Of a stretch of 64,000 nt of DNA, positions 38,057-47,557 are shown piece by piece. Every line of letters starts with the position of its first letter. Position 1 is the first letter of the stretch. The position numbers were made by a program, and so were the translations under genes. The DNA is taken from positions 1 to 64,000 of the forward strand of contig MFPR01000004.1 in NCBI GenBank assembly GCA_001784175.1. The letters are read 5' to 3'. This stretch comes from Candidatus Lindowbacteria bacterium RIFCSPLOWO2_12_FULL_62_27 (GTDB taxonomy: Bacteria; Lindowbacteria; 2-12-FULL-62-27). The notes beneath the pieces were generated by a model. That model saw only the letters and a list, made by a program, of their open reading frames with translations. It was not told where the DNA came from and searched no databases.

Positions 38057-38998
38057 ATGAGAAACGTACGGGTTCGACATCTGTTGTCGGTTGCTTTGTT
38101 ATTGACCGCGATCCATCCGGCGCAAGCGGCCGCACTGAACGGGTTCGACCTGTCCAAAACGGATGTGCCGGCGGATGAAATTCTTTCCGGCGGGCCGGGG
38201 CGGGACGGGATTCCGGCTATTTTGCGGCCGGAGTTCGACCGCGCGTCCGTCGCGGCGTGGCTTGCGCCGTCCGACCGGGTACTGTCGATTGAAATCGACA
38301 GCGACGCGCGGGCCTATCCGATCCGCATTCTGAACTGGCATGAGATCGTCAATGATGTGGTTGGAGGAGTTCCGGTTGTGATTTCATTCTGTCCTCTATG
38401 TGGAACGGGGATGGCATTTGACCGGCGCGCCGGGGATAAACCCCTCACCTTCGGCGTGTCCGGTCTGCTTTATAACAGCGACGTGCTCATGTACGACCAT
38501 CAGACTGAAAGTCTCTGGTCGCAGATTTTGATGAAGGCCATCAGCGGGGAAATGCGTGGAAAGCCGCTCCGGATTCTCCCGCTGGACCAGACAACCCTCG
38601 CTGATTTCAAAGCGCGTCATCCGTCCGGCAAAGTCCTCTCCACTCGAACAGAGCACGACAGGGACTACGGCAGAAGTCCTTACCGCGATTATGCCTATTC
38701 CCCGCTTATTTATTTTCCGGTGTCCAATCGCGACGAGCGGCTCCCGACCAAAGAGCCGGTGGCGGGAATCATCGTCGGTGGGCGGGCCAAGGCTTATCCC
38801 ATCCGGAGGCTCGAAACGGGTCCGGACCGATTCCAAGATCGCATCGGCGGCGTCGCCCTTGACATCGAATATGATAAAGGTGCGGATCTGATTCGGGTGA
38901 ACGATCCCGCCGGCCGGCCCATTCCCGTGGTGCGGGCGTTCTGGTTTGCCTGGGCAGCCTTCCATCCGCGCACGGAGATTTTTTCGACCGGCAGATAA
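38057..38998 (+). CDS. DUF3179-like secreted protein
   Basis: GGPGRDGIPAI, HEIVND, FCPLCGTG, FGVSGLLYNS, WFAWAAFHP. Confidence 0.82.
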   Translation: MRNVRVRHLLSVALLLTAIHPAQAAALNGFDLSKTDVPADEILSGGPGRDGIPAILRPEFDRASVAAWLAPSDRVLSIEIDSDARAYPIRILNWHEIVNDVVGGVPVVISFCPLCGTGMAFDRRAGDKPLTFGVSGLLYNSDVLMYDHQTESLWSQILMKAISGEMRGKPLRILPLDQTTLADFKARHPSGKVLSTRTEHDRDYGRSPYRDYAYSPLIYFPVSNRDERLPTKEPVAGIIVGGRAKAYPIRRLETGPDRFQDRIGGVALDIEYDKGADLIRVNDPAGRPIPVVRAFWFAWAAFHPRTEIFSTGR

Positions 38999-39070
38999 AT
39001 TAAAAAGTTTTAACCGGTTTCCGTTCTGATTTGGCTTTGTTGTAATTCCCTGGGCAGCGGAAGAGACGAT

Positions 39071-39099
39071 TTGACTTGGTTTACTAATTAGTCTAAAAT
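39071..39099 (+). promoter_or_regulatory. sigma70 promoter with internal palindrome
   Basis: TTGACT-17 nt-TAAAAT; actaattagt palindrome; ATG 6 nt downstream. Confidence 0.65.
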
Positions 39100-39105
39100 G
39101 TAGTC

Positions 39106-39351
39106 ATGGTCAAACTGAACATGCATGCCGCCAAGACCCATCTGTCGCGGTACATCAAGCGCGTCCAGAAGGGCGAGACGATTCTCATCTGCCGCCGCAA
39201 CATCCCCATCGCGGAGATCCGGCCGGTCCCGCAACCTCCCGCCCGCAGACGCCCGGTCGGGTTGGACAAGGGAAAAATCCGGATTCCGAAATCGTTTTAC
39301 GACCCTCTTCCCGACGACCTCACCAATCTCTTCAACGGCAGGAAATCTTGA
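39106..39351 (+). CDS. Phd/YefM antitoxin
   Basis: NMH.AKTHLS....V..GE.I.I.R...P.A. Confidence 0.88.
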   Translation: MVKLNMHAAKTHLSRYIKRVQKGETILICRRNIPIAEIRPVPQPPARRRPVGLDKGKIRIPKSFYDPLPDDLTNLFNGRKS

Positions 39352-39734
39352 AGATTCTGCTCGACACCTGCGCGTTTTTGTGGATCGCTTCGGACGATAA
39401 AAATTTGTCCGCCGCGGCCCGCGATTGTTTTCAAGACACCGGCAATGAAGTGTGGTTGAGCGCCGCATCCGAGTGGGAAATCGTGGTCAAGCATGGCGCA
39501 AAAAAACTTGTCCTCCCCGAGCCACCGGATGATTTTCTTCCGGCCCGCCGCCGCGCGTATGGGATCTCGGCGCTGGCGATTTCCGAGGAAGCGGTGCTCC
39601 GGCTGGCCCGCCTGCCCGGGCTTCATAAAGACCCCTTCGACAGGATGCTCGTCTGTCAGGCCATCGTCGAGGGATGCGTCATTCTCACCCCCGACCCATT
39701 GATCCGGCAATATCCCGTCCGGTGCGAATGGTGA
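39348..39734 (+). CDS. vapC: VapC PIN toxin
   Basis: LLDT.AFLW, S.WEI..K, HKDPFDRML..QA. Confidence 0.9.
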   Translation: MKILLDTCAFLWIASDDKNLSAAARDCFQDTGNEVWLSAASEWEIVVKHGAKKLVLPEPPDDFLPARRRAYGISALAISEEAVLRLARLPGLHKDPFDRMLVCQAIVEGCVILTPDPLIRQYPVRCEW

Positions 39735-39841
39735 AAAATCCATGGCCGATGCCGTCATGCCGGGGGTCATTCTTACCCGCGTCGAGATTGAAAGTGTAAA
39801 AGAGGAAGAACGACCCCCTCAACCGCACGCGTCATTGTCGG

Positions 39842-40654
39842 TCAGGCCGTGCCGGAAACGGGCAGGCCGCGCTTGCGCGTCATCCGCGGCCGCCTCCGAA
39901 TCTGCGCCTTGCGGGCCGGCCGTGACCGCGCCTCGGCAGGTTCCCCGATGTCGATGCCAAACACATCCGAGAGCGCCTTCTCGTCCAGCACGCGGCCCTT
40001 CCCGGCCGGCGCGCGTGTGACGACAGCCCGGGCGGCGTCTTCGCTTACCAGCTCGGCGTGATCAACGCCGCGCAGAAGAAACAGCAGTTCCGGTTTTTTG
40101 TCCAGCCGCGCGCCCACGCCGTAAAGGACCGCGGCCACGTGCTTGCACATGTCGGCCCAGTCCGGACAGGAACAGTCAAGGTCGATCTCCTTCGGGAGCG
40201 GGAAAAGCCCGCTTGATCTGTCCGTGACGATCGACATCACCTGATTCGAAATCCTGCCCTGCAGAAGCTCCAGCATCGACCCGACCTGCCCGGCGCAGCG
40301 CTTTTTCAGCGCCTTCCACTTCTGCGGCGCCAGCGTCTTCACCGCGATCTCGACATCATAAATCCTCGACCCGCGCACCTTCGCTTCGATCGTCCCTTTC
40401 CGGATATCGAGATGGCAGACCGAGCCGTTGCGCACGTACGTGCAGCCGCGCGGCAGGCGGTTCTCGTAGTCGCTGAATTTTTCGAGATGCCCGCACCACG
40501 CCTTGCCCCAGAAAGTTTCGGCAATCTTGCGGCCCTCAAGAACGACGGGCTGGATGTTCACGCCTTTTTTGCGCAATTTGTCCATGGCCTTCTCGGCGTT
40601 CCGCCGGCGCTTCCACACCGGAACGTACGGCCGCCACATTCCCCAATAGGACAT
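39842..40654 (-). CDS. SWIM zinc-finger protein
   Basis: CSCPDWADMCKH; NRL.RG..Y. Confidence 0.9.
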   Translation of the reverse strand: MSYWGMWRPYVPVWKRRRNAEKAMDKLRKKGVNIQPVVLEGRKIAETFWGKAWCGHLEKFSDYENRLPRGCTYVRNGSVCHLDIRKGTIEAKVRGSRIYDVEIAVKTLAPQKWKALKKRCAGQVGSMLELLQGRISNQVMSIVTDRSSGLFPLPKEIDLDCSCPDWADMCKHVAAVLYGVGARLDKKPELLFLLRGVDHAELVSEDAARAVVTRAPAGKGRVLDEKALSDVFGIDIGEPAEARSRPARKAQIRRRPRMTRKRGLPVSGTA

Positions 40655-40657
40655 CGG

Positions 40658-43444
40658 TTACTCCTCCCCCACCGTTGACGCGTCCAGCCGGACCATCTTC
40701 AACAGTTCCTTGTCGTCCATCTCCGTGATCAGTTTCGGCGCGCCGCCTTCCAATATCTCGCCGGCGAGCGCCGTCTTGTCCCGGATAAGCGCGTCGATTT
40801 TCTCCTCAATCGTACCTTGGCAGATGAATTTGTGCACCATGACATTTTTTTTCTGGCCGATCCGGAACGCGCGGTCGGTGGCCTGATTTTCGACTGCGGG
40901 ATTCCACCAGCGGTCGAAATGAATGACGTGCGAGGCGGCCGTGAGGTTGAGGCCGGTACCGCCCGCCTTGAGGGACAACACGAAAAACGGCGGCCCCTGC
41001 TCGCGCTGAAAATCGTCCACCAGCGCCTTGCGTTTGCCGACGGCGACCTGCCCATGCAGCACGAGTCCGGGCCGGCCGAAGGCTGTCTTGAGGAATCCCG
41101 CCAGCGGTTCGGTCATTTCTCGAAACTGCGAGAAGATCAGCGCCTTCTCCTGTCGCGCGGCGATCTCCTCGCAAATTTCCCGCAGGCGGATGAACTTGCC
41201 GCTCTCCTCCGGCGCGTAGCCGCCCGACGCGAGCCACTGGGCCGGGTGATTGCAGATCTGTTTAAAACGCAGGATGAATGCGAGGATCACGCCGCGCCGC
41301 CGGATTCCCTCATCGGCGTCCGCGAGCGCCCTCGCCAGTTCCTTGACCGACTGCTCGTATAGAACCGCCTGCTTTTTCGTGAGCCGGCAGAACGCCTGCA
41401 CCTCCGTTTTGTCCGGCAGGTCGGCGATGACCGACTTGTCCGTCTTCAGCCGCCGAAGGATGTAGGGTCCCACGAGCTTCCGGAGCGGCGCGTACTGTTC
41501 GCTCTCCCGATTTTCAAGACGTTTGACAAACCCGCCGAACGTTTTCGCCGAGCCAAGCAGACCCGGGCAGAGAAAATCAAAGATCGACCAGAGGTCGGTC
41601 AGCCGGTTCTCGACCGGCGTGCCCGTCAGAACGATCCGAGCGCCGGCTTTCAACCGTTTCACCGCCCGAGTCTGGCGCGCGGCGGGATTCTTGATCGCCT
41701 GGGCTTCGTCGAGAACGGCCATGCTCCACTCGACTGCCGTCAGCCATTCCATTCGCGAGACCATGCCGTAGGTCGTGAGGATCGCATCGGCGCCGTCGAG
41801 AAACGCGCGCGGCGAGGTTTCGGCTTTCTTCAGAGTTTCGGGTTTCTCCAGGGAAGGGTGCGCAAACCGGAAGACCAGCGTCGGCGCGAAGCGCTCCATT
41901 TCAGATTTCCAATTGGCCAGAAGCGACGCAGGCAGAACCAGAATCGCCGGCGCGGCCACGAGGCGGCCCGTTTTCCTCTCCCGCTTCATGAGAAGCAGGA
42001 GCGCGATCACCTGGATCGTCTTGCCGAGTCCCATGTCGTCGGCCAGACACGATCCGAGTCCGAGCCGCGACAGAAAACTAAGCCACCGAACGCCCGTCTC
42101 CTGGTATGGCCGAAGCGTCGCGCGAAGGTCGCTTCCGGGAAGCGCGCGTTCGAACGACCCCGGCTCGCGAATTTCGCGCAGGCGATTTTCCAGCCACGCG
42201 CCGGCGTGTACGTCCGACCACGCGGCTGCGTCTGCCTCAAAGAGGCCGTCCAGATTCGCATCCATCGGCGCGCCGGCCAGAAGCCGCATGCCTTCGATGA
42301 ACGAAACGCCGTCCCCGCCTGACTGCCGTTCCACGCGTTTCCAATGTTCCAGCGCGTCTTTGAGTTTCGTCCGGTCCACCTCGACCCAGCGGCCCTTGAG
42401 GAAGACGAGTCCGTCACTGCCGGCAAGCAATTTTTTCCATTCCTCCTCCGTCAGAGTCTCGCCTTCGATGGTCAATCCCACTTTGAAATCGAGCATGGAC
42501 TTCGCGCTGAAATGGGCCCGGCCGGCATCCCCGATGGAAACGCCCACGCGCACGCGCGGCGGCCGCTTCGTCCACCAATCGGGCATGCGTACGAGCAGGC
42601 CGCTCTCCTCGAGCAGGGGCGCGTCCTTCAAGAATCGATAGGCCTCGGCGGGCGACCAGCGAAGCGGGTGAAAAATTTCGCCGGAATCGACAAGCGCCTT
42701 GACCCATGCCGATCGCTCGGCGGCGCGCTGGACGGGAGTCAGGAGATTGACCATCGCGCCGCAGTTTTTTGCGCCTGCGTATTCCTCGAGCGCGCGGCCG
42801 AGTGGCAGGTATTCCACGCGGCGGCCGTCGATGAGGCGCGGGGCGTAGGTGGCGAGGAAGGCGAATGGGCATTCGGCGTCGCGCTTGTTTTCGGCAAGAT
42901 GGAAAGAGACCCGCCCCACGCGATGCCAGAGGGGGCTTCGGGCGCGAAGCCACGCCGACAGGCCGCCGCTGGTGGCCGCGATCTCTGCGCGCGCGTGGGT
43001 GTCCATCTCCACCCAGAGCCGCTCCAGTGTCTCGGTCCGGAGATACTCCCCGCCGCGCATGGGCGGCGCGTCGAGAGCCAGAGCCTTCAGGTCTTCGCGC
43101 GGCGGCGGGATCGCCGCGCGCAGATTTTCGGATCGGCCAGCGCCGGCCGGCTCCGGAATGTGGCAGAGGCCGGTCAGGTATCGTTCGCCGAACCGCCGCC
43201 AATAAGAAAGGTCCGCCGGCAACCCCGCGTCATGCCGGATCAGCGTCTCCGACGACCCAAGTGCCGATGTCTCTGACATCGGCCGGATCGTCGCCAGATG
43301 CAGAAGCCCTTCTGACGGGCTTCTCTCAAACGCCTTTCGAATCGATTGGCCGAGGGCATCGGGCAATCCGGCGGCGTCCTTCGCCGCACCCTCTCTCCCG
43401 GCAATCGCCAGTTTTCCCGACGGCATGATCGCAATCCCGATCAT
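40658..43444 (-). CDS. SNF2-family helicase/ATPase
   Basis: LRPYQ, LADDMGLGKT, DEAQ, TGTPVEN, WWNPAVENQATDRAFRIGQ. Confidence 0.95.
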   Translation of the reverse strand: MIGIAIMPSGKLAIAGREGAAKDAAGLPDALGQSIRKAFERSPSEGLLHLATIRPMSETSALGSSETLIRHDAGLPADLSYWRRFGERYLTGLCHIPEPAGAGRSENLRAAIPPPREDLKALALDAPPMRGGEYLRTETLERLWVEMDTHARAEIAATSGGLSAWLRARSPLWHRVGRVSFHLAENKRDAECPFAFLATYAPRLIDGRRVEYLPLGRALEEYAGAKNCGAMVNLLTPVQRAAERSAWVKALVDSGEIFHPLRWSPAEAYRFLKDAPLLEESGLLVRMPDWWTKRPPRVRVGVSIGDAGRAHFSAKSMLDFKVGLTIEGETLTEEEWKKLLAGSDGLVFLKGRWVEVDRTKLKDALEHWKRVERQSGGDGVSFIEGMRLLAGAPMDANLDGLFEADAAAWSDVHAGAWLENRLREIREPGSFERALPGSDLRATLRPYQETGVRWLSFLSRLGLGSCLADDMGLGKTIQVIALLLLMKRERKTGRLVAAPAILVLPASLLANWKSEMERFAPTLVFRFAHPSLEKPETLKKAETSPRAFLDGADAILTTYGMVSRMEWLTAVEWSMAVLDEAQAIKNPAARQTRAVKRLKAGARIVLTGTPVENRLTDLWSIFDFLCPGLLGSAKTFGGFVKRLENRESEQYAPLRKLVGPYILRRLKTDKSVIADLPDKTEVQAFCRLTKKQAVLYEQSVKELARALADADEGIRRRGVILAFILRFKQICNHPAQWLASGGYAPEESGKFIRLREICEEIAARQEKALIFSQFREMTEPLAGFLKTAFGRPGLVLHGQVAVGKRKALVDDFQREQGPPFFVLSLKAGGTGLNLTAASHVIHFDRWWNPAVENQATDRAFRIGQKKNVMVHKFICQGTIEEKIDALIRDKTALAGEILEGGAPKLITEMDDKELLKMVRLDASTVGEE
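43234..43289. repeat. Intragenic CCAAGTGCCG-family repeat
   Basis: gccggatcagcgtctccgacgacccaagtgccg-atgtctctgacat-cggc; gccggatc repeated 48 nt apart. Confidence 0.75.
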
Positions 43445-43782
43445 GGCGCGCACTATCTCATGCGGGAGGGTTCGCGATCAATCCGTTTGTAATCTTACGC
43501 GGCCATCAGACGTATTGGGAAAATGTTCCTTTCAGACCGTAAGCGGTGAAGGGCAACCCCCTTTGCGGTAAGGTCTCAATAAGACCTTTGGTCAAACCGG
43601 CGCACAACACGCCGTATTACTGGGGAATTGCAAAAAAAGTTCTAATCGGCGGCGGGGTCCGTAAGTTGTTAAGTTTGGACGGTGGGGTTCGATGGCGGCA
43701 TATCAGGTGGAACAACTTACGGTCTGAGCTGACAACCAGGCAGGAGATCATCTTGGCGGCGTCAATCTTTCGTACTGAAGTC

Positions 43783-44022
43783 TCACCCTCTTAACATCCG
43801 CAAGATCAATGTTGATTTTCCCCCGAGTTTTTCAATGTCATAGTACAGGGTCATCCCGCTCGGGGTTGTGATTTCAAAGCACTTCCCATTCGGGATGCCA
43901 TTTATTTCCCCGGCACGCAAACGATAAATCAACAAATCGACTTCCTGTAATCTCCCCGTTTCAATATCCCGGCAGTCCTCCCGGAATTCCGGGTTGATCA
44001 GAATGTCAAACCGCAATCCCAA
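43783..44022 (-). CDS. Small hypothetical protein, candidate RelE/ParE-like toxin
   Basis: Overlaps the antitoxin 3' end; size and predicted strand/helix pattern are compatible; no diagnostic motif. Confidence 0.45.
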   Translation of the reverse strand: MGLRFDILINPEFREDCRDIETGRLQEVDLLIYRLRAGEINGIPNGKCFEITTPSGMTLYYDIEKLGGKSTLILRMLRG

Positions 44023-44284
44023 CCGAGCGCCTCCATTCGTCGTAACTCAACATATCCTTGCGGCTGCGGGTTCGGCGAGCTTCGATATGCCTTTGCAATT
44101 CCAAGTCCCGCAACATCCGCTGACTGGCTTCAATCGATTCAAACTCCAGCCCCGACATCATGACGACCACCCCATTTTCACGGTGGCGAATAAACACCCG
44201 TTCACCCCGCGCCGCCGCGCCCACCAGTTTGGTGAATTTCTCCCTTGCATCCGAGGCGTTTAGAACCTCTTTCTGCTTGGACAT
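44006..44284 (-). CDS. Phd/YefM antitoxin
   Basis: NASDAREKF..LV..A..GE.V.I......VVMMS..EFES; RBS aaggagg. Confidence 0.82.
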   Translation of the reverse strand: MSKQKEVLNASDAREKFTKLVGAAARGERVFIRHRENGVVVMMSGLEFESIEASQRMLRDLELQRHIEARRTRSRKDMLSYDEWRRSVGIAV

Positions 44285-44309
44285 TGTTCCCGTCACCTCC
44301 TTTCTTGTT

Positions 44310-44355
44310 CAAGTATATTACATCACAAGTATATTACATCAAGTGTACAATATCA
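44310..44355. repeat. 16-bp tandem repeat, probable operator
   Basis: caagtatattacatca x2 plus one degenerate copy, just upstream of the antitoxin. Confidence 0.7.
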
Positions 44356-44825
44356 ATTTTGCAGGAGTGACCGTGTGCCGTGCACACGCCTTTCCCGCCT
44401 TTCCGAAGACTTCTGCGCGACCCACCGGCCGCGGGCATGAACGAGGAAATGATCCAGTCGCTGGTCGGCAAACCGGCCCGGATCGAATCGGACACCGAGA
44501 GCGGTGACGTGACGTGGAAGTGGGGCCGGGTGCGGAATTGGAGCGACACTGTCGTTCAGCACTGTCGTTCAGCACAGACCGTAAGTTGTTAAGTTTTGAA
44601 GCAACCAGAGATAACAAGAGGGCGGCGAAGGCCGAAAGAAAGGAGGTCGAGGCGGCTCCACCGCCCGGCTGAAATCAAAAACGGTTTCATTATATGCCGC
44701 CGCCGGCCCCTTGCATGTCCAGAATCCTGCCTGAAACAAATTTGAAAGTATGTAAGGCGTATTACAGAACGGCAACTGAAGATGTGCGATAAGTGAGCCA
44801 TCACAGATGAGGAAAGGAGACCGCA

Positions 44826-45101
44826 TTGAACTTGTTGGAACTGTTTTTCGTCCCGAATTGCCTTTCCTGTCCGGACACGGACGACCTCTGGGACAAACTT
44901 CAACTCGTGAGGAGGGATCGCTGGCATCTGCGGATGGTCCGGCGGAACATGAGGCAATGGCGGGATCGAGCCGCCCGGGCGCGGGTGTTCGCATCGCCGA
45001 GTTTCGTGTTGAACGGCAAGGTCATCTTTATCGGCGTTCCCACACTTGAGAAAATGACTCAAAAGATCGGCGCGGCTGTGAACGGAACGGCGCGCGCATG
45101 A
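44826..45101 (+). CDS. Small thioredoxin-fold protein
   Basis: CLSCP; SPSFVLNGKVIFIGVP; RBS aaggag, TTG start. Confidence 0.7.
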   Translation: MNLLELFFVPNCLSCPDTDDLWDKLQLVRRDRWHLRMVRRNMRQWRDRAARARVFASPSFVLNGKVIFIGVPTLEKMTQKIGAAVNGTARA

Positions 45102-45474
45102 CCTCTGTCCGCACAAAACTTCTCGTTCACATCACGCTTGCCATTTTCTTTGTGGAAGCGGTCCTTCTCGCATTCTCCATCATGGCCAGAAAACGCCGGC
45201 TTCTGGCGGCCGAAACGGAAACCATCCAGATGAATGGATTGAGCTGAAAGTGAAAGACAACGGCATGGGGATGGCCCCGGAAATTCAGGAGCGCATTTTC
45301 GAGGCGTTCTACACCACAAAACCGTTGGATAAGGGAACGGGGCTGGGGCTTTCTCTGGTCCGGCAGATTGTCGAGGATCTGGGCGGAGAGATTCGAGTTT
45401 TTTCCGAGCCGGGAAACGGAAGCGAGTTCTCGGTTCTGTTTAAGAAGGCTGAAATACAGGCCGTCCATACATGA
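45098..45474 (+). pseudogene. Internally deleted sensor histidine kinase
   Basis: MTSVRTKLL plus TM helix (stop at 45246) followed out of frame by a HATPase tail (DNG.G, FYTTK, GTGLGL); no H-box. Confidence 0.7.
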
Positions 45475-45833
45475 GGAGTTAAGATACGACGGATTTTGCC
45501 GAACACGCCTGCGGAGGTTGAGGGGACATCGCGAAAGGATTCAGCGACCGCCTCACCTCCCATGAAACCCAAGAAACCCACTTCGTCCGTCATGCGAACG
45601 AATTCGACCCTTTCAACCTATGAGCAACTGTTGTCGCCCTTCGGCAAGAACCATCTGTTCATCGCGGCGCTGCCGGTGCTGGCGGCGTTTGTCGCGCTGT
45701 TCATGCTCCGGGAATTCGACACCTTCTGCGCGTTTGGCCGCCGGCCGGCCAAGAGAGATGAGGGCTGACGCGGGCAGCCCGTCAATCCTCTCATAAAGTG
45801 TCGAGAAGGGATCGAACCTCCCCGGTCATCTAT

Positions 45834-45992
45834 TTACTTCACAGGACATTTCGACATGTCGCCGCCGCACTTGCCGCAACATTCGTCCGCCGACTTGCCG
45901 CAACAGGAACCGTCTTTGGCGTGGGTGTACGCAACACCGCCGCCGACCAACAGGGCGACCGCTACCAGCGCGAGCAAAATCTTCTTTTTCAT
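45834..45992 (-). CDS. 52-aa secreted Cys-rich peptide (metal-binding candidate)
   Basis: Manual translation MKKKILLALVAVALLVGGGVAYTHAKDGSCCGKSADECCGKCGGDMSKCPVK; RBS aaggagg; below the ORF-track size limit. Confidence 0.75.
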   Translation of the reverse strand: MKKKILLALVAVALLVGGGVAYTHAKDGSCCGKSADECCGKCGGDMSKCPVK

Positions 45993-46014
45993 CTCCGTGC
46001 CTCCTTCCCTTCCG

Positions 46015-46587
46015 TCATGGCCTCGCCTCCAACTGCGACACCTGATATCCGGTTGCGTTGATCGCCTCTTCGATCCGCGGGCGACCCACCCTGGCCGGAT
46101 CGAACCGGACCGTCACGCGGCCGGCCTTTGAGTTGGCGTCGACGTACAAAACTCCGGGCAGTTTCTGAAGCTGGGTTTTCAGCGCCACCTCGCACGTGAA
46201 GCACACCATCCCGTCAACCCCAATCACAGCGACCTCGCCGGCCGGCTGAGTCTGGGTCGCGCCCGATCCCGCGCGCATGTGATGGGTCCAGACGTTCAAC
46301 ACCAGAAAAAACGCCAACACCGCGCTTGCGCCCATGAGCACCCCGCGGGTCTTGCGCGGCGTCGACAGATCGCAGCCTGTTTCACATGCGGTTTTTGATT
46401 CTTTGCGATGCCGCATCCATCCGGCGGTCAACATCACAGCGGCAATCGCCAGCCACACCCAATGATACTTGCCGAAAAACGCCGCCAGTCCCACTCCGCC
46501 CAGCCCCAGCATGACCGCCACCAGCGGTCCGACACAACAGACCGACGCAAAAACAGACGACAGAATGCCCAGCCGCGACGATTTCAT
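46015..46587 (-). CDS. MerT-like transporter fused to an HMA domain
   Basis: ASVCCVGP in TM1, loop C...C, C-terminal GMVCFTC. Confidence 0.85.
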   Translation of the reverse strand: MKSSRLGILSSVFASVCCVGPLVAVMLGLGGVGLAAFFGKYHWVWLAIAAVMLTAGWMRHRKESKTACETGCDLSTPRKTRGVLMGASAVLAFFLVLNVWTHHMRAGSGATQTQPAGEVAVIGVDGMVCFTCEVALKTQLQKLPGVLYVDANSKAGRVTVRFDPARVGRPRIEEAINATGYQVSQLEARP

Positions 46588-47126
46588 GATGTCGTCACGC
46601 CCTTCGCTTTGCGCAACCAATCGAGCGCCGCTCGAACCACCTGCCCGACATTTCCGAGACAACACGTTCCCTGCGGGTTCCTGGTCTCGCAGGCGCAGAG
46701 GCCCGCTTTCACCTTCTGTTTGATGTCCTCCAGCACCGTGCTCTTGCCCGTCCCCGCAATTTCCGCCGCAATCGACCGCCGCGTATGGTTGAAACAGTAG
46801 CAGGCCGGAACGTCCGGCCCGGCGTCTTTTTGAAAGACCGGCGACCGAATTTCGCCCGTACGTACAGCAGTGCCGTCGCCATTGAAATACACAACCTCGC
46901 AATCCGCCGACGCGCAGAAAAAGAAACCGCTCGGCGATCCCCGTTTCTCGATGAGACCCGGATTCGCCAGAGCATGGACTGTCTCCCGCCCCACCCGTTT
47001 TCCGTTCTTGCCGCACAGAAAACAGGAAAGTTTATTGTCACCCGATGCGGCTGTTTTCGATTCGCCGGGGTCGGGCATATCCTGCGGCGAAGGACAACAT
47101 CCTCCTGTCATTTTGAGGAATTTCAT
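46584..47126 (-). CDS. Cys-rich zinc/[2Fe-2S] metallochaperone-like protein (CopZ N-terminal-like)
   Basis: CxxC, FC....C.VVYF, CYCF, CAC...NP.G.CC. Confidence 0.8.
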   Translation of the reverse strand: MKFLKMTGGCCPSPQDMPDPGESKTAASGDNKLSCFLCGKNGKRVGRETVHALANPGLIEKRGSPSGFFFCASADCEVVYFNGDGTAVRTGEIRSPVFQKDAGPDVPACYCFNHTRRSIAAEIAGTGKSTVLEDIKQKVKAGLCACETRNPQGTCCLGNVGQVVRAALDWLRKAKGVTTS

Positions 47127-47551
47127 ACCGGCCGGCCACCCAGGGTGTCGAGGCTCCGCAGCACGGGGCATGGGTCGGTCTTGCGGCGGCATCGGCAATC
47201 GCGGATCAGGCGCTCCAGCGTCCCCCGGAGGGCGTTGAGGGTCGAAATCTTGTCCTCAACCTGCCGCAGTTTCTCTCCGGCTTTTTTCAGGACCTCGTCG
47301 CAATTGGAATTTGACACGCGGAGTTTGAGGAGGGCGGACATTTCCGCCAGCGTAAACCCGAGGGTCTGCGCGTTTTTGATGAACCGGAGTTTCCTCACCG
47401 CCTCCGGCGTGTAGAGCCGGTATCCGGATTCCATGCGCTCCGCCGGGATGAGAATCCCGCGCCGCTCGTAATACCGCACGGTCTGGATGTTGACCCCGGC
47501 CTCTTTGGCCACCTCGCCGATCTTGAGAAACCGCCGCTCTTGTCGGTTCAT
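47123..47551 (-). CDS. MerR-family heavy-metal-responsive regulator
   Basis: IGEVAK.AGV...TVRYYERRG; GYRLY; Cys at SNC, DCRC and CPVL. Confidence 0.93.
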   Translation of the reverse strand: MNRQERRFLKIGEVAKEAGVNIQTVRYYERRGILIPAERMESGYRLYTPEAVRKLRFIKNAQTLGFTLAEMSALLKLRVSNSNCDEVLKKAGEKLRQVEDKISTLNALRGTLERLIRDCRCRRKTDPCPVLRSLDTLGGRPV

Positions 47552-47557
47552 GCCGGG

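Larger units (their letters stand above)
43659..44596. repeat. Set of CCGTAAGTTGTT motifs bracketing a TA-like pair
   Basis: 18-bp direct repeat at 43659 and 44579; 16-bp perfect inverted pair at 43711-43726 and 44575-44590. Confidence 0.75.

Noticed and set aside
43500-44800. CRISPR array, tRNA or IS element in the AT-richer region
   Set aside because: No regularly spaced repeats with spacers, no cloverleaf seen and no transposase ORF
45496-45768. 90-aa ORF
   Set aside because: No motif or clear RBS; cannot be supported as a gene
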